A stretch of DNA of 64,000 nucleotides, taken from the NCBI GenBank assembly GCA_013203185.1, contig JABMOS010000068.1, forward strand, positions 19,889 through 83,888, written 5' to 3'. The notes below the pieces were generated by a model. That model was not told the DNA's origin, searched no databases, and saw only the letters and a list, made by a program, of their open reading frames with translations. How positions within the stretch are numbered: position 1 is the stretch's first letter; each line of letters starts with the position of its first letter. Positions 36,810-45,516 of the stretch are shown one piece after another. A program made the position numbers and the translations under genes. The stretch is from Fidelibacterota bacterium (GTDB lineage Bacteria; Fidelibacterota; UBA8477; JABMPR01).

Positions 36810-37233
36810 AATGGTATGTGCCCAAATAATGGGAAATGATGCAACCATATCTATCGGTGGTTCAAACGGCCACTTTGAATTAAATACTTTTAAACCGCTT
36901 ATTGCCACTAATGTATTACAATCAGCTCGTGTATTTATTTTTACCATAATTGCTCCGTAGGCATTCGTCCCAATATCCCCAGAATGGAACAACATCTTGA
37001 AAATTCTCTAATGCTGGTAACGGCTTTCAATACGCATATAGGTTATGAAAAAACCGCTAAAATTGTAAAGAAAGCGCAGGCAGAGAATAAAACATTGCAG
37101 CAAGCAGCGGTAGAACTCAAGCTTGTGACCAACAAGCAATTTGATGAATGGGTGAAGCCAGAAGATATGCGTGGAGCAATGGATTAGATGGTGTTCTATC
37201 CACCTTCTCCAGACAAACAATTAGATCTTCATA
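36810..37233 (+). pseudogene. fumC 3'-terminal fragment (degenerate duplicate of 56591..57030)
   Basis: Direct nucleotide alignment by eye with the 3' end of the intact fumC plus about 45 bp beyond its stop. The outer blocks are about 90% or more identical (roughly 9 mismatches in the first ~120 nt). The middle ~70 nt is degraded, with a length change and an in-frame TAG. ORF 36984..37187 encodes ..[59 protein letters not shown].., matching the FumC C-terminus. The N-terminal ~340 codons are absent. Confidence 0.9.
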
Positions 37234-37415
37234 ATCGAGATTTCGGAAACCTTTGATGAATAGACCGGAAGTATGTGCCCTGCTCTAATGGTTCGTGGCG
37301 CAAAATTCCCGAAATGATTCCTTGGATACACAGCTATAATTGTTAATATGTCGTACACGAATGATTATTATAGAACAAATAACACCACAACATAAATTTA
37401 ACCATCAGGGTATGT

Positions 37416-37964
37416 ATGGTATTTTCCAAATCGAGGGGCATGATGATGAGTAATAATCCGACCATAGCCGAACCGTTACCCAACGATATTCAGATTCTAA
37501 ACAGCATGCGCCAGATCATTCGTGCCATTGATGTACACTCACGGAAACTTAAGGCCCAGTATAACATAACTGGACCTCAGTTAATCTGCCTGGGAATCAT
37601 ACAAGCCAGCGGAAGTTCGACAGTGACCAAGATCGCTCACGAGGCTCATCTCAGCACCAGCACTGTCGTTGGCATTCTGGACCGCCTCGAGCATGAGGCC
37701 TACATTCTGCGTGAACGGGACCGTGTCGACAGACGAAATTGGAATGTTCACCTTACCGACCAGGCTGATCACTTACTGAAGATGGTTCCACCATCACTCC
37801 ATTACGGACTGTTGAACGCCCTACAATCCTTGCCTGAAGGCGAACAGGAAGTAATTGCCAACGCTTTCAAGCGAGTGGTGTCGCTTATGGGCGCAGAGAA
37901 TTTGGGTACAGCCCTCCTCCAGAAGATTACCCCCGTCGATAAGAGTAAGCCACCCAGTGAATAG
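37416..37964 (+). CDS. MarR family transcriptional regulator
   Basis: The sequence ITGPQLICLGIIQASGSSTVTKIAHEAHLSTSTVVGILDRLEHEAYILRERDRVDRRNWNVHLT is a winged-helix MarR pattern. The start is ambiguous among several Met codons. Confidence 0.8.
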   Translation: MVFSKSRGMMMSNNPTIAEPLPNDIQILNSMRQIIRAIDVHSRKLKAQYNITGPQLICLGIIQASGSSTVTKIAHEAHLSTSTVVGILDRLEHEAYILRERDRVDRRNWNVHLTDQADHLLKMVPPSLHYGLLNALQSLPEGEQEVIANAFKRVVSLMGAENLGTALLQKITPVDKSKPPSE

Positions 37965-38105
37965 TACCCATCAACCACCTACATAGTAGCCAATTGATTT
38001 ATTAGCTGACCCACGTTACTGACTGATTTCCCCTTTCATTAACCAGAACCATTTCTCCCGGGAACCTTGGCAAAATGATTTATTAAACCATTCAAAGGAT
38101 AATAA

Positions 38106-38801
38106 ATGACAACAACCGAAATCACTAAGAGCAAAAATCTGAGGACCAAGAGCGGTCCTGAATTCAGGATCATGGACTGTGCCCTCATCGCACTGGCAAC
38201 TGGCAAGCGAGCCAGGACTTTAAAGAATCTTCGAGATTATCTGGAAACTATTGAGCCGCAGAGCATCTATTATCATTTCTGGGGGAGTCTTCTGCGTCCT
38301 CGTTTCGAGGATGCTGAGTATCATAATGATTTTGCCGGTTGGGCGGCTCATTCACTCCATGACACCATGACGGCTGAGCGCCTGGGTATAGTAAATCCCC
38401 TGGCATTTCAGACTATGGAAGAATTGCGACAGGAACTCATGGACATTATTGATGAACGCATCGATGAGTTAGAAGTTCTACCTGCTTCTTCCAAGGATAG
38501 TCAGTTTGAATTTATCAGTTCAGACATGGTTGTATTCAGGTCAGATACAGTAATTAGGACAGCAGCCGAACTGTTGAAGGTCATACCCACGCTATCTCTG
38601 GGTAGCATCTTCTACCACTTCATTGATGCACGCCGGCGAACTGAGGTGTCCCATGACGATTTTAGCACCTGGCTCCAGCAATATGAATGTGCAGAAGCCG
38701 TTCAGGGGCTTGCCGAAATTGACCCATTCTTTACCTCTCTCAGCGCTTTGCGCCAGGAGATCACCGAAATACTAACTAAACACTTATCTGGAGACTTATG
38801 A
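38106..38801 (+). CDS. conserved-looking protein of unknown function with an internal two-fold repeat
   Basis: 231 aa. Two related segments are present: SIYYHFWGSLLRPRFEDAEYHNDFAGWAAHSL and SIFYHFIDARRRTEVSHDDFSTWLQQY. Its stop overlaps the start of the TreT-like gene (ATGA). Confidence 0.6.
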   Translation: MTTTEITKSKNLRTKSGPEFRIMDCALIALATGKRARTLKNLRDYLETIEPQSIYYHFWGSLLRPRFEDAEYHNDFAGWAAHSLHDTMTAERLGIVNPLAFQTMEELRQELMDIIDERIDELEVLPASSKDSQFEFISSDMVVFRSDTVIRTAAELLKVIPTLSLGSIFYHFIDARRRTEVSHDDFSTWLQQYECAEAVQGLAEIDPFFTSLSALRQEITEILTKHLSGDL

Positions 38802-40042
38802 GCACTCTTATCGATTCCTATACCAGCATCACAGGCCCGGATGTGGTAGAACAACTAAAACAGTTGGCCAAACCTATGCAGGGGATGCGTGTCGTTCACG
38901 TCAATTCGACGAAAGAGGGGGGAGGGGTGGCCGAGATCCTACACAAAATGATCCCACTCATGAACGATCTTGGGATTGAGACAAGCTGGGAAGTGCTTGA
39001 GGGAAACCCGGAGTTCTATTCCTGTACCAAAATGATGCATAATGCTATCCAGGGAAACCAAGTACCCATCCCTCAAATGCTTCTGGATGCGTATGAACAA
39101 ACAAATTTCGATAATGCTGAACGTCTACGTAAGAAGTTGGAGGAGGCTGATGTTGTTTTCATTCACGATCCACAACCTGCGGCTTTTCTGGGACATATGG
39201 AAAACCGTAAAGGTAAATGGATCTGGCGTTGTCATATCGATGCCAGTACTCCCTATCGACCGGTCTGGAAGTACCTGCGCCAACATATCCGTAACTATGA
39301 TGCTAGTGTTTTCTCATTGGCTAACTTTGCCCAAGCTTTACCACATCCTATTTACCTCATTCCTCCCAGCATCGATCCCTTGAATGACAAGAATTGCGAG
39401 CTCTCAGACGAGGAGGTGAATCAGGTATATTCTGATTTTGGTATAGACCCTGACCGACCTCTCCTGGTGCAGGTATCGAGGTTTGACCGCTTTAAGGATC
39501 CAATCGGTGTCATCGAGGCATTTCGCAAAACAAAACCATTTGTCCCCACGCTACAGCTCGTGCTGGCAGGTGGTGGTGCCAGCGATGATCCTGAAGGAAG
39601 AGCTGTTTTGGCAGAGGTTCAACAAGCGGCCCAGGGAGAGTCTGATATCCATATTCTTGACCTGCCGGGTGATGCTCATAGGACTATAAATGCACTGCAG
39701 CGTGCGGCAACCATTGTTGTCCAGAAATCCCTCCGCGAAGGTTTCGGCCTGACGGTGACGGAAGGCATGTGGAAACAAAAACCAGTCATAGGCGGCGATA
39801 CGGGTGGGATTCGTCTGCAGGTAGTAAATCATCATACAGGGTTTCTGGTGAACTCTCCAGAGGGAGCGGCACTTAGAATCCGCTATCTCATGCGCAATCA
39901 AGGGAAACTGTTAGAGATGGGTCTAAAGGCAAAAGCCTTTGTAAAGGAAAATTTTCTTATCACCAGACATCTTCGCGAATATCTCACACTCATGCTTTCC
40001 CTGCGCTCCACTGCTAAGGATAGAATTTATCTTGATTATTAA
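38798..40042 (+). CDS. treT: TreT-like GT4 glycosyltransferase (trehalose glycosyltransferring synthase family)
   Basis: Close collinearity with my recollection of archaeal TreT: VVHVNSTKEGGGVAEILH, HDPQPAA, WRCHID.S.P, IPPSIDPL..KN, QVSRFD..KD, DDPEG, QKS.REGFGLTVTE.MWK.KPVIG..GGI..Q. It might instead act as an accessory GT of the OtsA/OtsB pair. Confidence 0.75.
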   Translation: MSTLIDSYTSITGPDVVEQLKQLAKPMQGMRVVHVNSTKEGGGVAEILHKMIPLMNDLGIETSWEVLEGNPEFYSCTKMMHNAIQGNQVPIPQMLLDAYEQTNFDNAERLRKKLEEADVVFIHDPQPAAFLGHMENRKGKWIWRCHIDASTPYRPVWKYLRQHIRNYDASVFSLANFAQALPHPIYLIPPSIDPLNDKNCELSDEEVNQVYSDFGIDPDRPLLVQVSRFDRFKDPIGVIEAFRKTKPFVPTLQLVLAGGGASDDPEGRAVLAEVQQAAQGESDIHILDLPGDAHRTINALQRAATIVVQKSLREGFGLTVTEGMWKQKPVIGGDTGGIRLQVVNHHTGFLVNSPEGAALRIRYLMRNQGKLLEMGLKAKAFVKENFLITRHLREYLTLMLSLRSTAKDRIYLDY

Positions 40043-40056
40043 CAGAAGGATAAGCC

Positions 40057-40833
40057 GTGCGTATACTTAATCGTGAATTTGATTTTGAAGGCTTCTACGG
40101 TGCTCTAAAAGGGGATGGGCCGAAGCTGTTGCTCCTTGATTATGATGGTACTCTAGCCCCGTTTCGCACCGAGCCCAAACTGGCTGTGCCTTATCCAGAA
40201 GTTCTACCTTTATTGAATGAAATCATTCAGTCACCCCAATTACGGGTCGTTATAATCTCAGGTAGAGCCATCGAAGAACTGAAACCGCTGATAGTATTAA
40301 ATCACCCCATCGAAATGTGGGGATCCCACGGCAGGGAACGTCTCTTGCCAAATGGTTCTTACATCCGGATGGAGGTGTCCAAAAAGCAGGAGGACGGTAT
40401 GAGCATGGCTATTCAGGCTGTGTTTGATATTGAAGCGATGGTTCGATCAGAGTCCAAACCAAGCGCTGTGGCTTTTCACTGGCGAAAGCTGTCTGCAACT
40501 AGTGTCCCTGGCGTGGCAGGAAAAATAAGATCAACTCTAGACAAAATCGCATTATCACATAATCTCGAAGTTAAATCCTTTAATGGAGGTCTTGAGATTT
40601 TGGCTCCTGGGATGGATAAAGGGCAAGCTGTCCGCGAGGTTCTGAATGATCTGCCCCTGCAGGCGACAATTGCCTATGTGGGTGATGATCTTACCGATGA
40701 AGACGCGTTCAAGGAGCTCAACTACAAAGGACTATCAGTCCTTGTGGGAGACACTCCGCGAAAAACACAAGCTGATCTTTGGCTGCAACCCTCTGAGGAA
40801 CTCATCTGGTTTCTCGAGAAATGGAAAAATTAA
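40057..40833 (+). CDS. otsB: trehalose-6-phosphate phosphatase
   Basis: HAD motifs LLLDYDGTLAPF, ISGR and YVGDDLTDEDAF. GTG start. Its stop overlaps the otsA start region. Confidence 0.85.
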   Translation: MRILNREFDFEGFYGALKGDGPKLLLLDYDGTLAPFRTEPKLAVPYPEVLPLLNEIIQSPQLRVVIISGRAIEELKPLIVLNHPIEMWGSHGRERLLPNGSYIRMEVSKKQEDGMSMAIQAVFDIEAMVRSESKPSAVAFHWRKLSATSVPGVAGKIRSTLDKIALSHNLEVKSFNGGLEILAPGMDKGQAVREVLNDLPLQATIAYVGDDLTDEDAFKELNYKGLSVLVGDTPRKTQADLWLQPSEELIWFLEKWKN

Positions 40834-42398
40834 TGAAACAAAACACAATGACCCCAGCAGGGGCAATACATGCCTGGAATGTGGGCAAACAGCACAAAAT
40901 GGTTATCGTATCCAATCGTTTGCCTGTTGTCGTCCAGGATAAAGGCGAAGGGCAGTGGGAGGTGAAATCCGGCTCAGGAGGTCTGGTTACCGCCCTGGCA
41001 CCGGTATTGCGGGATCGCGGTGGAACCTGGATCGGTTGGCCAGGTCATGTGGATAAGGATTCTCAGGGGGTCGATGATCTATTACGGAAACATGATGAGG
41101 AGATAGGATATTCACTGCGTCCGGTTATGCTGGATGATGAAGAAGTGGAAAATTATTATAAGGGGTTCTCAAATGAAACATTGTGGCCCCTCTTCCATGA
41201 TCTCATCGATCACAGTCAGTTCAAACCAGAGTACTGGGACGCCTATCAGCGAGTGAATCGCAAGTTTGCAGAGGTCGTCAAATCAAATATAGAACCGGAA
41301 GACTTCATCTGGATCCACGACTATCACTTGATCAGTGTTATTAGCTATCTCCGGGAGATGGGCGTAAAAAACAAGGTTGGTTTTTTTCTTCACATTCCCT
41401 TTCCCCCCACGGACATCTATTCCCGACTTCCATCAAGATTAGAGGTTTTGAATGCCATGCTGGCGTACGATCTGGTTGGTTTTCAGTCAGCGCGTGACAG
41501 ACGAAATTTTGTACAGAGTGTACGCTCCTTAAAGGACAAGCCCAAGATCAAAGGAAAAGGGCAGGTCATAGGGATCCAGGGAGAAATGGGCAAGCTTAAA
41601 GCTGGTGTATTCCCTATCAGTATTGACTACAAGGAATTTAACAGTGCTGCGCAAAGCGCTGAGGTAGCTCAGAGTAGCAGCGTATTGCGTCAACTTTTTC
41701 CCAACCAGAAGATAATTCTGGGCGTGGACCGTTTGGATTATACAAAGGGTATCCCTGAGCGATTGCGATCCTTCCGTGAAGCTCTGCGACGTTTTCCTGA
41801 GCTGATTGGACAATTAAGCATGATTCAGATACTGGTGCCCAGCCGGCGAGATATCCACAAATACGAGGATTTAAAAATCGAGATTGAGAGGATGATTGCT
41901 GAGATCAATGGCGAATTCACTCGGCCAGGATGGCTGCCCATCGAGTATCAATTTCGATCATTGGATCGTAAGGAGTTGCTGGCCTATTACCGGGTGGCAG
42001 ATATCATGATGGTCACACCGCTGAAAGATGGAATGAATCTAGTGGCCAAAGAGTATTGTGCCTGCAACATAGAGGGCAATGGCGTTTTGATTCTCAGTGA
42101 GTTTGCAGGAACGGCTGCCCAGCTAAAATTAGGGGCTATACTGGTGAACCCTCATGATACAGTGGAATGTGCAGAAGCAATTTTCATGGCCTTTCACATG
42201 GAAGAAAAAGATCGCAAAATCAAGATGCAGAAACTGAGGCGTAATGTAAATCGGAGCGACATTTTCGACTGGGTCGATAGCTTCCTAAAGGCGGCATTCT
42301 CAATCGGACTTGGCAGTTTTCCACTTCTGGCGGACTATCGGCCTCTCAAGGAGGGCCGAGAGGCTGTAATCAGGGTGGAGTCAACAGGGACTCTCTAA
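40821..42398 (+). CDS. otsA: alpha,alpha-trehalose-phosphate synthase (GT20)
   Basis: GT20 motifs IVSNRLPV, GSGGLVTAL, WIGWPG, FSNETLWPLFH, IWIHDYHL, FFLHIPFP, LG.DRLDYTKGI and TPLKDGMNLVAKEY. An alternative coupled start is TAATG at 40833. Confidence 0.9.
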   Translation: MEKLMKQNTMTPAGAIHAWNVGKQHKMVIVSNRLPVVVQDKGEGQWEVKSGSGGLVTALAPVLRDRGGTWIGWPGHVDKDSQGVDDLLRKHDEEIGYSLRPVMLDDEEVENYYKGFSNETLWPLFHDLIDHSQFKPEYWDAYQRVNRKFAEVVKSNIEPEDFIWIHDYHLISVISYLREMGVKNKVGFFLHIPFPPTDIYSRLPSRLEVLNAMLAYDLVGFQSARDRRNFVQSVRSLKDKPKIKGKGQVIGIQGEMGKLKAGVFPISIDYKEFNSAAQSAEVAQSSSVLRQLFPNQKIILGVDRLDYTKGIPERLRSFREALRRFPELIGQLSMIQILVPSRRDIHKYEDLKIEIERMIAEINGEFTRPGWLPIEYQFRSLDRKELLAYYRVADIMMVTPLKDGMNLVAKEYCACNIEGNGVLILSEFAGTAAQLKLGAILVNPHDTVECAEAIFMAFHMEEKDRKIKMQKLRRNVNRSDIFDWVDSFLKAAFSIGLGSFPLLADYRPLKEGREAVIRVESTGTL

Positions 42399-42425
42399 AG
42401 TCTAAATTTTATTAAGGAGCAACAT

Positions 42426-43172
42426 ATGTTACGCAGCGCGATAGACATTTTGGGGTATAACCTGAAGGCATTGGATGGGGAAATTGGAAAATCAAAAGAC
42501 TTCCTCTTCGATGACCAGCATTGGGCCGTACGATATCTCATGGCTGAAACTGGACGTTGGCTACAGGGTAAACGGGTGCTAATCTCACCAATATCAATCG
42601 AACAACCAGATCGTGATGCACGCGTTTTTCCAGTGAATTTAACCAAACAGCAGATTGAAGACGCGCCTAATGAGGGTGAAGATATGCCTGTATCCCACAA
42701 ATTTGAAATCGAGTTCTTCAAGTATCATCAATGGCCCTATTACTGGAATGGTGGGTATCCCTGGGGCATCCTCATCCCAATGGAAAGGACTAATATGAAT
42801 AAGCCTGCTGGGAGAGACTCTCTAGATGATATTGAAGGTGATAAAAATCTCCGCTCCCTGAACGAGGTCAAGGGCTATAACATTCAAGCGACCGATGGCC
42901 ATATTGGTCATGTGGAAAATCTGATCCTCGATGACGAAACCTGGACCATTCGCTACCTTGTGGTGGATACACGTAATTGGCTGCCGGGAAAGCGAGTGCT
43001 GGTTTCACCTTCATGGGCTGAAAAAATCGATTGGGCAAAAAACACTGTAGACGTCAATATGAGCAGAGATCAAATCAAGAATAGCCCCGATTACGATGAC
43101 TCAAAACTCATGACTCGGAAATTCGAAAACAGTTTATTCAAGTATTATGGAGTCCCAGGGTACTGGTTATAG
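42426..43172 (+). CDS. tandem PRC-barrel domain protein
   Basis: Two PRC-barrel units: LGYNLKALDGEIGKSKDFLFDDQHWAVRYLMAETGRWLQGKRVLISP and VKGYNIQATDGHIGHVENLILDDETWTIRYLVVDTRNWLPGKRVLVSP. Confidence 0.8.
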   Translation: MLRSAIDILGYNLKALDGEIGKSKDFLFDDQHWAVRYLMAETGRWLQGKRVLISPISIEQPDRDARVFPVNLTKQQIEDAPNEGEDMPVSHKFEIEFFKYHQWPYYWNGGYPWGILIPMERTNMNKPAGRDSLDDIEGDKNLRSLNEVKGYNIQATDGHIGHVENLILDDETWTIRYLVVDTRNWLPGKRVLVSPSWAEKIDWAKNTVDVNMSRDQIKNSPDYDDSKLMTRKFENSLFKYYGVPGYWL

Positions 43173-43336
43173 CGAAGATTTCGCCCAATCTGGATTAGCT
43201 CGTGAACCTCATTTACTTCGTTACAGATGGGAATCATGACCAGGGTGAGTATGGATTGATTCGCCTGGCAAGAAGTCGGGGTGGTCACCGGAGTGGAATG
43301 TCGAGGTGGTGGCAAAGAGAATAACCTCAGGACTGC

Positions 43337-44467
43337 ATGTCTCGAATCAACTCCCCGAATACTTGCATCGAAAACATAACTGAACTGGAAGCTTTACACA
43401 TGGACTTATTTTTAATCTATCTGGATAAACATTCATCAACCCTGCTCTTAGTAGCCAGTTTATTGGGTTTTTCTCTGGTGATCCGCTATGGTTTTGCACC
43501 TAAGATTCTGGAACTGTTTCGTCGGGTGAAGGGTGTCAAGATCTCTGTAGAATTGCTTTATCAACCATTGAGTAATTTGAGCATACCTGTCTTCAGTATG
43601 TTTATCACACCCATTCTCAGCCTACCCACACAATTCAATGCCGTTTTCCAACATATGATGCAGATTTGGCTAATTGGTGCTTTAGCCTGGTTGCTCATTC
43701 GGATCTTGGTCCTTTTTAAAGAATTAATTCTAGGTCAGTATCAGCTTGACGCTAAAGACAACTTGAAAGCCAGGCAGATCAGCACCCAACTACTAATGAT
43801 AGAACGTGTTGTTAATGCAGTGATTCTGTTAATTGCAGGATCCATCATCCTTATGAGTTTTGATAAAGCGCGTGAAATCGGATTCAGTTTACTTGCCTCA
43901 GCTGGTATTGCAGGAATTATTCTTGGTTTGGCTGCTCAACGCAGTCTGGCAACACTATTTGCAGGTATCCAACTGGCTATCACCCAGCCTATCCGCATCG
44001 ACGATGTGGTCATTGTGGAGCATGAATGGGGATGGATAGAGGAGATAACTCTGACGTTTGTTGTTGTGAGAATATGGGATCAAAGACGCCTGGTCCTGCC
44101 AATTACCTACTTCATAGAACACCCCTTCCAGAACTGGACCAGGAAGCGAGCTGACCTGTTGGGCACTGTGTATCTGTATGTTGATTACAAAATGCCCTTG
44201 GACGATTTGCGGACTGAATTGGACAGAATTGTCAAAGAATCCCCGTTGTGGGACGGTCGAGTGGCAAAAATTCAGGTCACCAATGCAACGGAAAAGTCGG
44301 TTGAGCTGCGCGCCCTGGTAAGCGCAGAAAATGCTTCTAACGCCTGGGATCTTCGCTGCCTGGTGCGTGAAGATCTGCTCACTTACATACAACGGCACTT
44401 CCCTGAAAGTCTTCCCAGGATAAGACTCGACCGAGGTTTTCCAGAGCAAGGGGAGAGCAATGTCTGA
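43337..44467 (+). CDS. MscS-family small-conductance mechanosensitive channel
   Basis: TM helices followed by the pore helix and beta domain: AGIAGIILGLAAQRSLATLFAGIQLAITQPIRIDDVVIVE..WG.IEEITLTFVVVRIWD.RRLVLP. The true start may be the internal MDLFLIYL. Confidence 0.85.
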   Translation: MSRINSPNTCIENITELEALHMDLFLIYLDKHSSTLLLVASLLGFSLVIRYGFAPKILELFRRVKGVKISVELLYQPLSNLSIPVFSMFITPILSLPTQFNAVFQHMMQIWLIGALAWLLIRILVLFKELILGQYQLDAKDNLKARQISTQLLMIERVVNAVILLIAGSIILMSFDKAREIGFSLLASAGIAGIILGLAAQRSLATLFAGIQLAITQPIRIDDVVIVEHEWGWIEEITLTFVVVRIWDQRRLVLPITYFIEHPFQNWTRKRADLLGTVYLYVDYKMPLDDLRTELDRIVKESPLWDGRVAKIQVTNATEKSVELRALVSAENASNAWDLRCLVREDLLTYIQRHFPESLPRIRLDRGFPEQGESNV

Positions 44468-45308
44468 TATCATTCTCAAACACGGAAACAGTCTCATCCA
44501 ACACGGGTCGTTAAGTGACCGCGTATATATCATGAAACTTGATCCTGGTGAATGTGAGGAGGTGATTGATTTTGTTGAAAAGCTGGCTACTGAAAAGGGC
44601 TATTCAAAAATCTTTGCGAAGGTACCATTATCTTTAATTACAACATTTATTGCTGGAGGTTATGAAGAAGAAGCACGCATTCCGGAATTAGGGGAATCTC
44701 CCAGCGGTATTGCTTTCATGTCCAACTTCCTTGTGAAAAGACGTAAAAAACCCGGTAAGACTCACGAAATCATGCAAGTCAAATCTGCCTCGCTTATCCG
44801 CGGTGTTCCTCGAAAAAGCACTCCACTCTCAAGCGAATTCTCTATCAAGGAGGCGGAAATAGCTGATAGTGCTGACCTGGCCTTGCTTTATCGAGAAGTC
44901 TTTGCCTCCTACCCTTTTCCCATTTATGACCCTCTCTTTATTGCCAACAGCATGACTGAGGATGTTCGCTATTTTATCATCAGTCACAAAGGAGAAATTG
45001 TGGCAGCTGCGGCCGCAGAAATGGACTATGACACCCGCAGCGTCGAGATGACTGACTTTGCAACTAACCCCGGCCATAGGGGACGTCAATTTGGTCAGAT
45101 TCTTCTCGATCATATGGAAGTTGCTATGATTCAGGAACCCATAGACACGACCTATACCATAGCCCGTGCTGTCTCTCACGGAATGAATATTACATTTGCT
45201 CGTTCGGATTATGAATTTGCCGGTACGCTTATAAACAATACAAATATCAGTGGGTCTATCGAGAGCATGAATGTCTGGTATAAACAAATTGTCCATCCCG
45301 CCAATTAG
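44460..45308 (+). CDS. AblB/YodP-like GNAT acetyltransferase (putative beta-lysine N-acetyltransferase family)
   Basis: The N-terminal GNSLIQHGSLSDRVYIMKL followed by ..KGYSKIFAKVP...GGYEEEARIP...AFMS.FL..RR, plus a C-terminal GNAT core (HRGRQFGQILL), matches my recollection of the ablB-type family. It overlaps the mscS stop by 8 nt. No lysine 2,3-aminomutase gene is in the window. Confidence 0.6.
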   Translation: MSDIILKHGNSLIQHGSLSDRVYIMKLDPGECEEVIDFVEKLATEKGYSKIFAKVPLSLITTFIAGGYEEEARIPELGESPSGIAFMSNFLVKRRKKPGKTHEIMQVKSASLIRGVPRKSTPLSSEFSIKEAEIADSADLALLYREVFASYPFPIYDPLFIANSMTEDVRYFIISHKGEIVAAAAAEMDYDTRSVEMTDFATNPGHRGRQFGQILLDHMEVAMIQEPIDTTYTIARAVSHGMNITFARSDYEFAGTLINNTNISGSIESMNVWYKQIVHPAN

Positions 45309-45516
45309 AAAAATGAATTCCAGGCTGAATAAGTAGACGAACTGAATGAGCAAAAAAAATCAAGGGTTGGATGATTATAGCCAGGCTGTGAAATCAACGT
45401 TTTCACAAAATCAAACACCTGGGGAAAATGACAGAGGCTAGAGATAACGAATAGGCAAGCTATCTGGGAGTTGAGACTCATAGTAAAGCTTCACACAAAG
45501 TGACCCTGGTTCCACT

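Noticed and set aside
36984-37187. 67-aa ORF that could be annotated as a small stand-alone gene, together with the antisense ORFs 36735..36995 and 37008..37220.
   Set aside because: It is simply the still-open tail of the fumC 3' fragment. Nucleotide homology continues on both sides of the ORF, and the upstream part is degraded with a stop. The antisense ORFs mirror the antisense shadow ORFs of the intact fumC.
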